A stretch of 56,735 bases of DNA from an uncultured Anaerolineales bacterium (GCA_964653285.1 CAZZEX010000021.1:1-56735), one strand, 5' to 3'. Positions 39,451-49,272 are shown, numbered from the stretch's first letter. The notes: a model not told the origin generated them from the sequence alone. Numbers and translations: made by a program.

Positions 39451-40113
39451 ATGACCCAAGACATCATCGCCCTCCTAACCGCCTTCGCCTACGTCTTCGC
39501 CATGATCGGCGTCGCCGAGGCACTCCGCAAGTGGCGCGGCTACTCGGTCGAGTTCACGCGCAAGTTCATCCACATCGCGGTCGGCATGTGGGCCTACGGG
39601 ACGGTGCTGCTGTTCGAGCACCGCACCTTCGCCATCATCCCGCCGCTGGCGTTCGTCGCCATCAACGGTTTCTCCTACTGGCGCGGGACGTTCAAGGCCA
39701 TGGAGACCGGGGAAAAGGGACAGTTGGGCACCGTCTACTTCCCCATCTCGTTCGTCGTGCTCATCTGGCTGCTGTGGGACCGCCCGCATTTGCTGGTGGC
39801 GAGCCTGATGCCGATGACCTGGGGGGATGCACTGGCCGCCGTGGTGGGACGGCGCATCGGCCAACGGCGCTACACTGTCGCTGGAAGCACCCGCTCGCTG
39901 GAGGGGTCGGTGGTGCTGTTCCTCATCAGTTGGGCGGCGACGCTCGTGCCACTTATGCTGCTGGCTCCGGAGCCCATTAACCCGGCCGCCGCAGTGGGAA
40001 CCGCGGCCGTGACGGCACTGGGCGCAGTGGTCGTCGAGGCGGTCTCGCCGTGGGGCATTGATAATCTGACCGTGCCAGCAGTCTCAGCGCTGGTGCTGGT
40101 GTGGATGTTGTAG
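39451..40113 (+). CDS. Polyprenol/phytol-kinase-like membrane protein (DGK1/SEC59/VTE5, CTP-dependent kinase family).
   Basis: Polytopic protein with FTRKFIHIAVGMWAY and C-terminal ...RSLEGS...TALGAVVVEAVSPWGIDNLTVP, typical of the phosphatidate-cytidylyltransferase-like kinase family. Confidence 0.65.
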   Translation: MTQDIIALLTAFAYVFAMIGVAEALRKWRGYSVEFTRKFIHIAVGMWAYGTVLLFEHRTFAIIPPLAFVAINGFSYWRGTFKAMETGEKGQLGTVYFPISFVVLIWLLWDRPHLLVASLMPMTWGDALAAVVGRRIGQRRYTVAGSTRSLEGSVVLFLISWAATLVPLMLLAPEPINPAAAVGTAAVTALGAVVVEAVSPWGIDNLTVPAVSALVLVWML

Positions 40114-40117
40114 GAGA

Positions 40118-40200
40118 GTAAATGGGTGAATGAGGAAAGGGTAAATGAGGAGACCCATCTACTCATTCCTCATCTACTCATTCCTCATTTACTCATCTAC
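40118..40200. terminator. Hairpin and direct-repeat region between convergent genes (GAATGAGGAA ... TTCCTCAT xN; TACTCATTCCTCAT repeated).
   Basis: Inverted repeats seen directly, located between the stop of the kinase-like gene (40113) and the stop of the minus-strand gene (40197). Confidence 0.4.
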
Positions 40201-40991
40201 TCACTCACCTCCTCCGTGATCAGGAACTGGGCGATGCCCTGCAGCCGGGCCTCAATGAAGACGTGAATCTCGCAAGTACCCGGTTCCCAGCCCCCCGGCG
40301 GCTTACAATAGTACGAGTTACGTCCGTGCTCGCCCCAATCCCGCCCCTCAACCAACCCCCAAAGCCACGTGTCCGAGCAGAAATCTATGAACTCCCCATC
40401 TCTATACCAGGCAAAGGTCGTCACGACGCCGTTCTCCATCCCTTCGTAGGTGAAGAATAGGTACACCCGGTGATCGCCCGGTGGGAACTCGGTGCCCGGA
40501 TCCACAGGCTCACCGCTATCGTCCTGGTCGGCGGCCAGGGTGATGACGGCGATACGTGCATCCTCTCCGGCCGGCACGGCTGAGGGCAGCGGCGTCAGCG
40601 CCATATCGGGCAGGGGGGCGGCCGGCGTGGGCGTGGGGATCAAGGGCGGGGTCGCTGTGGGCCGGCGGGTAGGGGTGACAGTTGGCGTGCGGGTGGGGCG
40701 CGGGGTAGGCGTGAGCGTGATCGTTGGGGTCGCAGTCGGGGCAGGGATGGGGGCAGGCACGATGACCGCCAGGTACAGAGCCGCGATCAGCAGAGCGATG
40801 GCCGACGCCTGTAGCACCAGCGATGTCAGGAGCCAGCGCTTGGCCCGCCTGAGGGCATCCCGGCGCATGGCATAGTACGGGGCGTGGCGCGCCTTGACGA
40901 GTTGAGAGATGACCAGCCCTACCGGGATGGCGGAAGCGATCAACAACGCGTAAGCAGCCCAGCGTATCAGGCTCAGAGTCAGGGGGGTCAA
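40197..40991 (-). CDS. Membrane-anchored protein with a Pro/Thr-rich linker and a Cys-containing C-terminal domain. Function unknown.
   Basis: Two N-terminal TM helices, PTATPTITLTPTPRPTRTPTVTPTRRPTATPP linker, C-terminal domain with four Cys. Confidence 0.55.
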   Translation of the reverse strand: MTPLTLSLIRWAAYALLIASAIPVGLVISQLVKARHAPYYAMRRDALRRAKRWLLTSLVLQASAIALLIAALYLAVIVPAPIPAPTATPTITLTPTPRPTRTPTVTPTRRPTATPPLIPTPTPAAPLPDMALTPLPSAVPAGEDARIAVITLAADQDDSGEPVDPGTEFPPGDHRVYLFFTYEGMENGVVTTFAWYRDGEFIDFCSDTWLWGLVEGRDWGEHGRNSYYCKPPGGWEPGTCEIHVFIEARLQGIAQFLITEEVSE

Positions 40992-41101
40992 GCCAGCCTA
41001 CCTCACTACCAATCTATCAACCTGCCAACCCACTGGCGGAACTATACCACAAATCTCCAATTTCAACAACAGATTTCCTGGCCTGCAAAAGCCGTCTGCA
41101 C

Positions 41102-43039
41102 CTACAGGTGCTCCTTGACGGCCAGGGCCACAGTACGGGGGATGCCAGGCACGGCGGCCAGTTGCTCGACGCTGGCTGCGCGGATACCATTGAGGGAGCC
41201 GAAGGCTTTAAGGAGCGCCTTACGCCGCGCCGGCCCCACGCCGGGGATGCTGTCTAGTTGCGACGCGACCCCCGCCCTGCGCCGGCGCGCGCGGTGGTGC
41301 GTGATGGCGAAGCGGTGCGCCTCGTCCCGCACGCGCTGCACGAGAAAGAGCCCCTGGGAGCGACGGGGGAGCAGAACAGGCTTGACCCGTCCTGGCAGGA
41401 AAATCTCCTCGCGCTGCTTGGCCAGGGCCGCCACCGGCACCCTGGCGAGCAGATCGAACTCCTGCAGCGCCTCGACCGCCACACCCAACTGCCCTCTGCC
41501 ACCATCCACGACGAGCAGGTCGGGCAATTTGGCCCAGCCTTTGATACCCCCCTCAATCCCCCCTCCAGGGGGGAGGCTTCCCTTGATACCCCCCTCAATC
41601 CCCCCTCCAGGGGGGGGAGCACCCCCCTCAATCCCTCCTACGAGGGGGGAGGCTGACGCGGCGGTCTGCCAGCGGCGGAGGCGGCGCTGCAAAACTTCGC
41701 GCATGCTGGCGTAGTCGTCCTGGCCCTGCACACTGCGCACGACGAAGCGTCGGTATTCGGACTTGCGGGGCACACCCTGGACAAAGACGACCATGCTGCC
41801 GACTACTTCCGTCCCCTGCGTCGTAGAGATGTCGTAGCACTCAATGCGTATCGGAGGCCTGGGGAGTTCCAGCGCCTTCTGGAGTTCGGCCAGTGCCTGC
41901 TCGTGCCTGTGGGCGTCGGCCTGCCACTGGGCACGCAGGGCGGCCAGCGTCTCGGCGGCGTTCTTGGCCGCCAGTGCCACCAACTCCCGTTTCTGACCCC
42001 GGCGGGGCACGCGCAGCGTCACCTTGGCCCCTCGCTTCCCCTTCAGCCACTGCTCGATGACCAGTGCCTCCTCGATCTGCTCTGGCAGCAGCACCTCGGG
42101 CGGGACGTAGGCGGCCTCCTCGTAGAACTGCTTGAGGAAGGCAGCCATCACCTCCCGCTCGTCCTCGTCCTGCGCTCCCTCCAGCACAAAGTACTCCCGT
42201 CCCAGCAGTTTGCCCCCTCGGATGAAGAAGACCTGCACGCAGGTGTCGTCTTCTTCGCGAGCGAAGGCGATCACGTCCTGGTCAGTGCCGGCCGATGAGA
42301 CGATCTTCTGCCGCTCGACGACGCGTTGCACCGCCTGTAGTTGATCGCGCAAGGATGCTGCCTGCTCGAAGTCCCATCCATCGGCAGCGGCCTGCATCCG
42401 CGCCTCCAGGTCTGCGATCACTTTCTCACTGCGACCTTCGAGGAAGTGGACCAGCCCCCGGATCATCGCGCGGTACGCGTCTTGTGTCACTGCGCCGATG
42501 CAGGGTCCCAGGCAGAGTTTGATGTCGTAATACAGGCAGGGCCGCTCGTCGTGACCGGTGATCTCCCGATTGCAGGTCAAGTATGGGAATGACTTGCGCA
42601 GCAGGTCGAGCGTCTGGTGCATGGCCGAGGCGGAGGTGAAGGGGCCGAAGTAGCGGCTGCCGTCCTGTTCCATGCGGCGGGTGATGAGTACCCTGGGGAA
42701 CGGGTCGGCCCAGGTGATCTTGATGTAGGGGTAACGCTTGTCGTCCTTGAGGCGCACGTTGTAGCGGGGACGGTGCTGCTTGATCAGGTTCGCCTCCAGG
42801 ATCAGCGCCTCCAGTTCCGAATCGGTGACGATGAACTCCAGATCGGTGATCTCGGACACCAGCGCGTGCACCTTGGGGTTCTCCTGGGCCGAGGCGTGGA
42901 AGTAAGAGCGCACGCGGGCGCGCAGGTCAACTGCCTTGCCCACATAGATGACGGCCCCGCTCACGTCGCGCATCAGGTAGACGCCCGGCTTGCGAGGAAG
43001 TGTCTCAATCTGGGTCCAAATGTGCTCTGGGAAGTTCAT
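41102..43039 (-). CDS. uvrC: Excinuclease ABC subunit C.
   Basis: GIY-YIG N-terminus (KPGVYLMRDVSGAVIYVGKAVDLRARV), UvrBC-interaction region, RNase-H-like/endoV domain, HhH2 C-terminus. Contains an in-frame repeat insert at 41521-41650. Confidence 0.95.
   Translation of the reverse strand: MNFPEHIWTQIETLPRKPGVYLMRDVSGAVIYVGKAVDLRARVRSYFHASAQENPKVHALVSEITDLEFIVTDSELEALILEANLIKQHRPRYNVRLKDDKRYPYIKITWADPFPRVLITRRMEQDGSRYFGPFTSASAMHQTLDLLRKSFPYLTCNREITGHDERPCLYYDIKLCLGPCIGAVTQDAYRAMIRGLVHFLEGRSEKVIADLEARMQAAADGWDFEQAASLRDQLQAVQRVVERQKIVSSAGTDQDVIAFAREEDDTCVQVFFIRGGKLLGREYFVLEGAQDEDEREVMAAFLKQFYEEAAYVPPEVLLPEQIEEALVIEQWLKGKRGAKVTLRVPRRGQKRELVALAAKNAAETLAALRAQWQADAHRHEQALAELQKALELPRPPIRIECYDISTTQGTEVVGSMVVFVQGVPRKSEYRRFVVRSVQGQDDYASMREVLQRRLRRWQTAASASPLVGGIEGGAPPPGGGIEGGIKGSLPPGGGIEGGIKGWAKLPDLLVVDGGRGQLGVAVEALQEFDLLARVPVAALAKQREEIFLPGRVKPVLLPRRSQGLFLVQRVRDEAHRFAITHHRARRRRAGVASQLDSIPGVGPARRKALLKAFGSLNGIRAASVEQLAAVPGIPRTVALAVKEHL
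41521..41650. repeat. Three tandem copies of a G/C-rich palindromic unit (..ATACCCCCCTCAATCCCCCCTCCAGGGGGG..) inserted in-frame in uvrC, encoding (P)PGGGIEGGIKG x3.
   Basis: Direct inspection. Insert lies just before the conserved UvrC LVVDGGRGQL motif. Confidence 0.75.
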
Positions 43040-43166
43040 CGTTTCATTTCTGGCAGAATCGTCAAGACGACCACTTAAGCCTGAGTCTGCGCGAATGGCG
43101 TCGTGCTCCGGGGGGTGGGTCGGTGTGGTCGGAGCGTGCTACGTCGTTCCTGTGACCTGTGGCCTG

Positions 43167-44171
43167 CTACAATTGGGCGGCGAAGGCTTCCAACGCGTCT
43201 GGCGTGATGGGAGGTGTTGCGCCGCGCTGTGTGGCGACGTAGGCTCCCAGCAGGTTGGCGAAGTCGGCCACCTCGGCCAGCGGCCGGCCAGCCAGGTACT
43301 TCACGACCAGCGCCGCCGTGAAGGCATCCCCGGAGCCGACCGTGTCCACGACCGGGCAGGCATAGCCAGGTGAGACGACCCGCTCCTGGCGCGTGCGCAG
43401 GATGCACCCGCGCGCGCCCAGCGTCACGCAGACCAACTCCAGGCCGTAGGCTTCCAGCAGGTGGAGCAGGAACTTGTCTTCGTCCAGATCATCTTGCCCC
43501 AGCATTCCCTGCACTATGCGCAGTTCGTCGTCGTTTAACTTCAGCAAGTGGCACCGCGACAGCGAACCGCGCACGACCTCGACGGAGTAGTGGGGTGGGC
43601 GCAGGTTGAGGTCGCAGACAATGAGCGCCGGCGCGGTGCCTTGAGCGCCTCGACTGGGCTCGGCGAAGTCTTGTCGGAGGGAGGCGACCTCCAGCAGCGC
43701 GGCGATGGACCGCCGTGCTACCGGGTGCCGCTGCGCCAGCGTGCCGAAGCAGACCACATCGGCGGCGCGGACACGTGCCACGGCTACCGGGTCAGCAGCG
43801 AGATAATCGTAAGCCACCTCTGTGCAGATGTCGAACTCCGGCTGCCCGTCGGCGTGGAGCGTCACGTGCACCTGCCCGGTGGGGTGGTCGGTATCGCGCT
43901 GGACCGGGCTGGCATCCACACCTAGTTCTCGTGCTCTGGTCATGATCTCGTCGCCCAGTTCGTCCCGACCCACGCGGCTGACGATCGCGCTGCGAGCACC
44001 CAGGTGGTGGCAGTGGACGGCGAAGTTGAAGGGCGCACCGCCCAGGTGCATCCCTCCCGCCCCCCCTCCACCTTCCCCCCCAAAGTTGGGGGGGACAGAG
44101 GGGGGGCGGGAAGGGAGGATGATGTCCCAGAGAACTTCGCCGATGGCTATGACGTCGAGTGCTCTGTCCAC
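43167..44171 (-). CDS. PfkB-family carbohydrate kinase (fructokinase/ribokinase-like) carrying a 22-aa palindrome-encoded insert near the N-terminus.
   Basis: VIAIGEVLWDII[LPSRPPSVPPNFGGEGGGGAGGMH]LGGAPFNFAV..., C-terminal DTVGSGDAFTAALV (PfkB signature). The insert corresponds to palindrome 44041-44110. Confidence 0.85.
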   Translation of the reverse strand: MDRALDVIAIGEVLWDIILPSRPPSVPPNFGGEGGGGAGGMHLGGAPFNFAVHCHHLGARSAIVSRVGRDELGDEIMTRARELGVDASPVQRDTDHPTGQVHVTLHADGQPEFDICTEVAYDYLAADPVAVARVRAADVVCFGTLAQRHPVARRSIAALLEVASLRQDFAEPSRGAQGTAPALIVCDLNLRPPHYSVEVVRGSLSRCHLLKLNDDELRIVQGMLGQDDLDEDKFLLHLLEAYGLELVCVTLGARGCILRTRQERVVSPGYACPVVDTVGSGDAFTAALVVKYLAGRPLAEVADFANLLGAYVATQRGATPPITPDALEAFAAQL

Positions 44172-44199
44172 ATTCCCTCCTGATCAACCCGGCAGCGGG

Positions 44200-44895
44200 C
44201 TAATGCACCGGGTGGTGTGTAGGTCCGAACTCGTTCTCCAGGATGGCCCAGATGTCTGCCCACAGGTCCCGGTCGGCGAAACTGGTGTGAATCTCGTCCA
44301 GCGTCTGGTTGAAGGTGTGCTGGTCGGTCTCTCCCAGGATGGTGAGCACGGCGTTGGCGACCCCGAAGCGAATTTCGCGGTTGGCGCGGTGATGGCGGTG
44401 CACCTGGCGCAGGCGCGGGATGTCTTCCAACTGTCCCAGCATGATCATACCGGCCACACCGTTGGCGACCGGTTCCTCGTCATCGGAGTCCAGTCCTTCG
44501 CGCAGGTAGGGCAGGGCGCGGTCGTCTCCCAGGCCAGCCAGGCTCAGCGCGGCGGTGGAGACTCGCTCCGGGTCGTCCCGGTTGTCCTGGAGAAACTGCC
44601 ACACTGGTTCACGCGCTTGCTCATCGCCGGTGCCTCCCAGGAGGGAGACGACCTCGTCGGTCGCGATGGGATCCAGCGCCGGATCGGCCAGCGCCTCCAG
44701 CAGCTCGGGTGCAACGAGTTCACCCATGCGAGCCAGCCGGTCGAAGGCCAGGTCATGATCGGCCTGTGTGAGGCCGGCCAATTGGCGGATCAAGTCAGGC
44801 GCTCGTGCGCCGTACTTGCGGTAGGCGCGTTCTGCCTGGGGGTGCATATTGCGGCGACGCTCGGCCGCCGCCTCCATCATTTTGCGGTTGGGCAC
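44200..44895 (-). CDS. HEAT-repeat (PBS-lyase-type) protein.
   Basis: Repeated ...ALxxLGxxxAxxxLxxxLxDxDxxVR...-like helical repeats. Confidence 0.6.
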   Translation of the reverse strand: MPNRKMMEAAAERRRNMHPQAERAYRKYGARAPDLIRQLAGLTQADHDLAFDRLARMGELVAPELLEALADPALDPIATDEVVSLLGGTGDEQAREPVWQFLQDNRDDPERVSTAALSLAGLGDDRALPYLREGLDSDDEEPVANGVAGMIMLGQLEDIPRLRQVHRHHRANREIRFGVANAVLTILGETDQHTFNQTLDEIHTSFADRDLWADIWAILENEFGPTHHPVH

Positions 44896-44970
44896 CTCTC
44901 ACCTCTTTTCACCTCAGCACCGGCTCTTCAGGCCGGTGCGGTCGACTCTCCCCCCGCTGTGTGGGGGCTT

Positions 44971-45387
44971 CTACTCTCCCATCATCTGTACCACCAGCCG
45001 CCGTGACCTGGGGCGGGTGTCGAAATCGAGAAACACGATCTGCTGCCACGTGCCCAGCGTGAGGCGGCTCTCGACGAAGGGCACCGTCAGCGAGGGACCG
45101 ATGAGAGCGGAGCGGATGTGGGAGTGGCCGTTGTCGTCCCCCCAGCGCAGGTGGTGGCGGTAATCCCGGTCTGGCGGCGCGACCTCGTCGAGCACCCGCT
45201 GGAGGTCGGCCAGCACGCCGCTCTCATACTCGATCGTGGTCAGGCCCCCGGTCGAACCGGGGCAGAAAACGGTGACAATGCCCGCCTGCAGGTCTGATTC
45301 CTTCACCACCCCCGCGACCTGGGGGGTGATGTCCTGAATGTCGCAGTGGCCACGGGTATGCAGTTGTAGTTCGTGAGTAATAACCAT
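44971..45387 (-). CDS. yjbQ: YjbQ/UPF0047 family protein (secondary thiamine-phosphate synthase-like).
   Basis: ...DITPQV...GIVTVFCPGSTGGLTTIEYE...HSHIRSALIGPSLTVPF... is characteristic of UPF0047. Confidence 0.85.
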   Translation of the reverse strand: MVITHELQLHTRGHCDIQDITPQVAGVVKESDLQAGIVTVFCPGSTGGLTTIEYESGVLADLQRVLDEVAPPDRDYRHHLRWGDDNGHSHIRSALIGPSLTVPFVESRLTLGTWQQIVFLDFDTRPRSRRLVVQMMGE

Positions 45388-45690
45388 CCGCTTGTCTCCT
45401 CCGATTCGATATCTGAACTATGCCCCGTTGTTGGGAAGATCCCCGTCCCCTTGATGCCCTAACCGAAGTCTGGTACACTGTGGCTAGAAGCCGGGTGGTG
45501 TAGCCTCCTCACGGTAACCAGTCCGTGACCGAATCTACACAGTACCGCGAAAGCGGTTTCTTGATTGTTCCTTGGTGGCCTGTATACTCATCGTCACTGA
45601 TACCAGCCAGCCGGTTTCCAATATCATAGCACAATTCTCTCAGATTCCAAAATTGGCGCGCTGTGTCCAGTCATGTTACAATGCGCCACC

Positions 45691-47919
45691 ATGGACATCC
45701 TTGAAGGACTCAACTCCCAACAACAGAAAGCCGTCACCGCCTCTGACGGCCCGGTGCTGGTGCTGGCTGGGCCGGGCAGCGGCAAGACCCGCGTGCTCAC
45801 CCATCGCGTCGCCTGGCTGGTGCTGGAACTGGACGTCGCCCCCTGGCGCATCATGGCGGTCACCTTTACCAACAAGGCTGCCCGCGAGATGCGGGAACGG
45901 CTGGAGTACCTTCTTGGTCCCTCCCGCGCCCGCAGCCTCACGCTGGGCACCTTCCACGCCACCTGTGCCCGCATCCTACGCCGCGAGGCCGAGGCAGCGG
46001 GCATCCCCCGTGATTACGCCATCTTCGATGCCGACGACCAACTCCGCCTGGTCAAGCAGGTGATCCGTGACCTGGACCTGGACGACAAGCGTTACCGCCC
46101 CCAGGCGGTGCATGGTGCCATCTCCCGCGCCAAGAACGAGCTGATTCCGCCGGAGGCGTACTCCACCGGCTCTTACTACGGCGAGGTCGTCAAACGGGTC
46201 TACGAGCGCTACCAGGGGCTGCTGGCGGCCAACAGCGGGCTCGACTTCGACGACCTGCTGATGGTGACGGCGCGCATGTTCGGCCAGAACCCGGACGTGC
46301 TGGCGAAGTACCAGGAGCGCTACCGGCACATCCTGGTGGATGAGTTCCAGGACACCAACCAGGCGCAGTACGTGTTGTTGCGGCAACTTTCGGGGCGGCG
46401 TCACAACTTGTTCTGTGTGGCTGACGAGGATCAATCAATCTATGCGTGGCGTGGCGCGGACTATCGCAACATCCGCCGCTTGCGGGACGATCACCCTGAC
46501 CTGGTGACCATTCTCCTGGAGCAGAACTACCGCTCCACCCAGACCATCCTGGACGCCGCGCACGCCGTCATCCGCCGCAACCCCGACCGCACCGACAAAT
46601 CGCTCTTCACGCGACGGGGGCGCGGACCTGAGATCATCGTCCACGAAGCCTACGACCAGGACGACGAGGCCCGGTTCGTCGTGGACACCATCGCCCAACT
46701 GGCTGCCTCTCCCCCCCCTGGAGGGGGAGGCAGGGGGGGGGTACGCCCCGGCGACTGCGCTGTGATGTACCGCACCAACGCCCAATCTCGTGCCTTCGAG
46801 GAATCCTTCATCCGCGCCGGACTGCCTTACAGGCTGGTCGGCGCCACCCGCTTCTATGCCCGCCGTGAGATCAAGAACCTGATCGCTTTCCTGCGCCTGA
46901 TCCACAACTCCACCGACGGCGTGAGTATGGCCCGCGTGATCAACGTCCCTCCCCGGGGCATCGGCCGGAAGACGGTGGCGGTGCTGGAGGACGCGGCGCG
47001 GGAGCGGGGCGTCTCGGTCTACAAAGTGCTCAAGGAAATCCCTCAGGAAAGCCCCAAGCCCCAAGCCCCAAGCCCAAAACTGGGGACGCGGGCACGCCGG
47101 GCGCTGGCACTGTGGCTGGGACTATTGGAGGGCTGGATCGCGGCGCGTGCTGCATTGACGGTGGCGCAGTTGATAGACCGCGTCTTGGAGGACACCCGCT
47201 ATGCTGACTACCTACGCGACGGCACCGAGGAGGGGGAGGAACGCTGGGCCAACGTGCTGGAGTTACGCAACGTGGCCGCCGAGTACGAGGACCTGATGCT
47301 GACCGACTTCCTGGCCGATGTCGCGCTTGTTTCCGACGTGGACAACTTGAGCGACGAGGCGGACGCGCCGACGCTGCTCACGCTTCACAGTGCCAAGGGG
47401 CTGGAGTTTCCCGTCGTCTTCGTCACCGGGCTGGAGGAGGGGATGCTCCCTCATAGCCGCTCCTTCGACGAACCGGAGCAGATGGCCGAGGAGCGACGGC
47501 TGATGTACGTCGGCCTGACGCGGGCGAAGGACCGGCTCTTCTTGACCTACGCCTTTATCCGTACCCGCTACGGCGACAGCGAGCCCTCGGTGCCCAGCCG
47601 TTTCCTGGACGACATCCCCCCGGAGTTGGTCAAGGGCTCGTGGGGAGGGGGGCAGGAAGCAGGAGGCGGGAGGCAAGAGGCAGGAGGCGGGAGGCAAGGG
47701 GCAAGGGGGACGAGAGGCGAGGGGCGCAATTCGCCATTCGCCATTCGCAATTTGCAATTCCGTGCCGGGCAGCGGGTGCAGCATGCGACCTTCGGCGAGG
47801 GGCTGGTGATCGAGAGCCGCGCCGATGGGGACGATGAGATGGTGACCGTGGTCTTTGAGGAGGTCGGGTTGAAACGACTGATGGCGGGCCTGGCGCACCT
47901 GGAACGGCTGGAGGATTAG
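45691..47919 (+). CDS. uvrD: ATP-dependent DNA helicase UvrD/PcrA.
   Basis: LNSQQQKAVTASDGPVLVLAGPGSGKTRVLTHRVAWLV (motif I), DEFQDTNQAQY (II), YRSTQTIL, TLHSAKGLEFPVVFV. The table ORF starts 18 nt upstream at 45673. Contains several in-frame repeat inserts. Confidence 0.9.
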   Translation: MDILEGLNSQQQKAVTASDGPVLVLAGPGSGKTRVLTHRVAWLVLELDVAPWRIMAVTFTNKAAREMRERLEYLLGPSRARSLTLGTFHATCARILRREAEAAGIPRDYAIFDADDQLRLVKQVIRDLDLDDKRYRPQAVHGAISRAKNELIPPEAYSTGSYYGEVVKRVYERYQGLLAANSGLDFDDLLMVTARMFGQNPDVLAKYQERYRHILVDEFQDTNQAQYVLLRQLSGRRHNLFCVADEDQSIYAWRGADYRNIRRLRDDHPDLVTILLEQNYRSTQTILDAAHAVIRRNPDRTDKSLFTRRGRGPEIIVHEAYDQDDEARFVVDTIAQLAASPPPGGGGRGGVRPGDCAVMYRTNAQSRAFEESFIRAGLPYRLVGATRFYARREIKNLIAFLRLIHNSTDGVSMARVINVPPRGIGRKTVAVLEDAARERGVSVYKVLKEIPQESPKPQAPSPKLGTRARRALALWLGLLEGWIAARAALTVAQLIDRVLEDTRYADYLRDGTEEGEERWANVLELRNVAAEYEDLMLTDFLADVALVSDVDNLSDEADAPTLLTLHSAKGLEFPVVFVTGLEEGMLPHSRSFDEPEQMAEERRLMYVGLTRAKDRLFLTYAFIRTRYGDSEPSVPSRFLDDIPPELVKGSWGGGQEAGGGRQEAGGGRQGARGTRGEGRNSPFAIRNLQFRAGQRVQHATFGEGLVIESRADGDDEMVTVVFEEVGLKRLMAGLAHLERLED

Positions 47920-47951
47920 GACGGGATACTGGATACTGGTCACTTTCGGGA

Positions 47952-49136
47952 GTGGAGATACTGGTGGAATGCTTGATTGATTTGCAAGAGTTGGACGGCC
48001 CGCGCCTCGTCCGGCGGCAGGAACTGGCGGCCTCGGAGCGGCTGGCGGCGCTGTGCTTTCCCGGTGCAGCAGGGGTGATGGAAGGGATTCGTACGTACAC
48101 CCCACCCCGGCGCGGAGGCATCCAGGTTTTATGCCACCAGGGCGTGCCCGTCTCCCAGATCGGTGTCTACCACAGCCGTGTCAGCGTGTACGGCAGCCAT
48201 CTGCGGGTCGCCAGCATCGGCAGCGTGTGTACCCATCCCGACTACCGGGGCCGGGGCCTGGCTACTCACCTGCTCGACTATTGCACGCGCCAACTGACCG
48301 CTGAAGGCGCACGGCTGATGCTTATCTCCGGCATGCGGGGGCTGTATACCCGGGCCGGCTGCGTCACTGCCCAGGAGTTTGAGTACATCGTGCTCAAGTC
48401 CGATGATCTTAGGACACGGATCAGCAGGATTAACGGATTAAGAGTTCGCCCGGCGACCGAAGCCGATGCCCCACTCTGTGCTCGTCTCTACCAGATGGAA
48501 GCGGTCCACTTCGTGCGGCGCGTGGAGGAGTTCGTTGCCCACTTTCAGCGGCCCGAGGAGTTCTCCAAAGCGAAGGACTGGATCATTGAGGTGGCAGGGC
48601 GGCCAGTGGCCTATCTCTTCACCGGCATTCCCTGGGAGTATCAGCGTGATAAGGATGCGGGCGTGCGGGAAGTGGTCGAGCATGCCGGTAGCCGGGTGGC
48701 GCTGGTTGGTGCGTTGGCCGGGGTGATGGCGCGCCTGAACCTGCGGGAACTGCGGCTGCTCGTGCCGTGGCAGGACGTGGACTTCCTCCAACTTCTCCGA
48801 GAGCAGGGGGCTACTGGGGAGCACATTCCCCTTATCGGGCATACCATGCGCATCGTGGACTTCCCCGGCCTGATGTCGGACCTGCGGCCCTACGTGCGAG
48901 CACGGCTGACAGCCCGACAGCGGCGTGGCCTGCGGTTTGAGCAGGAGGGAGACCGGTATAGTATCGCGCGGGGGCGGGAGCGGCTCGAGCTGGATGGGAA
49001 AGGGATGACGCGGCTGGTGGCGGGAGCGCCGGCCGAGGTAGCCCCCGACGTTCCGGTTGCGCCGGGCGCACTGGGCGAGATCATCCCGGCGCTGTTCCCC
49101 TTGCCCTCGTTTCTGCCGGGGCTGAACTACCGGTGA
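47952..49136 (+). CDS. Eis-like GNAT acetyltransferase with a C-terminal sterol-carrier-like domain.
   Basis: GNAT core ...ASIGSVCTHPDYRGRGLATHLLDY..., second GNAT-like region and SCP2-like tail, arranged as in Eis-family enzymes. Confidence 0.65.
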   Translation: MEILVECLIDLQELDGPRLVRRQELAASERLAALCFPGAAGVMEGIRTYTPPRRGGIQVLCHQGVPVSQIGVYHSRVSVYGSHLRVASIGSVCTHPDYRGRGLATHLLDYCTRQLTAEGARLMLISGMRGLYTRAGCVTAQEFEYIVLKSDDLRTRISRINGLRVRPATEADAPLCARLYQMEAVHFVRRVEEFVAHFQRPEEFSKAKDWIIEVAGRPVAYLFTGIPWEYQRDKDAGVREVVEHAGSRVALVGALAGVMARLNLRELRLLVPWQDVDFLQLLREQGATGEHIPLIGHTMRIVDFPGLMSDLRPYVRARLTARQRRGLRFEQEGDRYSIARGRERLELDGKGMTRLVAGAPAEVAPDVPVAPGALGEIIPALFPLPSFLPGLNYR

Positions 49137-49272
49137 GCGCTGCTTACTTGCTGCCGCCATTGTTGTGAGCGAGCGCTGGTTTGACATCCCCTGACGCGCA
49201 TAGTATACTGGCCGTGAAAATGCTCAAGAAGCATTGTATTGGCTGCAAAGATTGTAAGGAGCCCAATTCGCG

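Noticed and set aside
41521-47760. CRISPR array as an explanation for the repeated units in uvrC/uvrD
   Set aside because: The repeats are contiguous tandem copies without unique spacers, they lie inside intact reading frames, and no cas genes are present.
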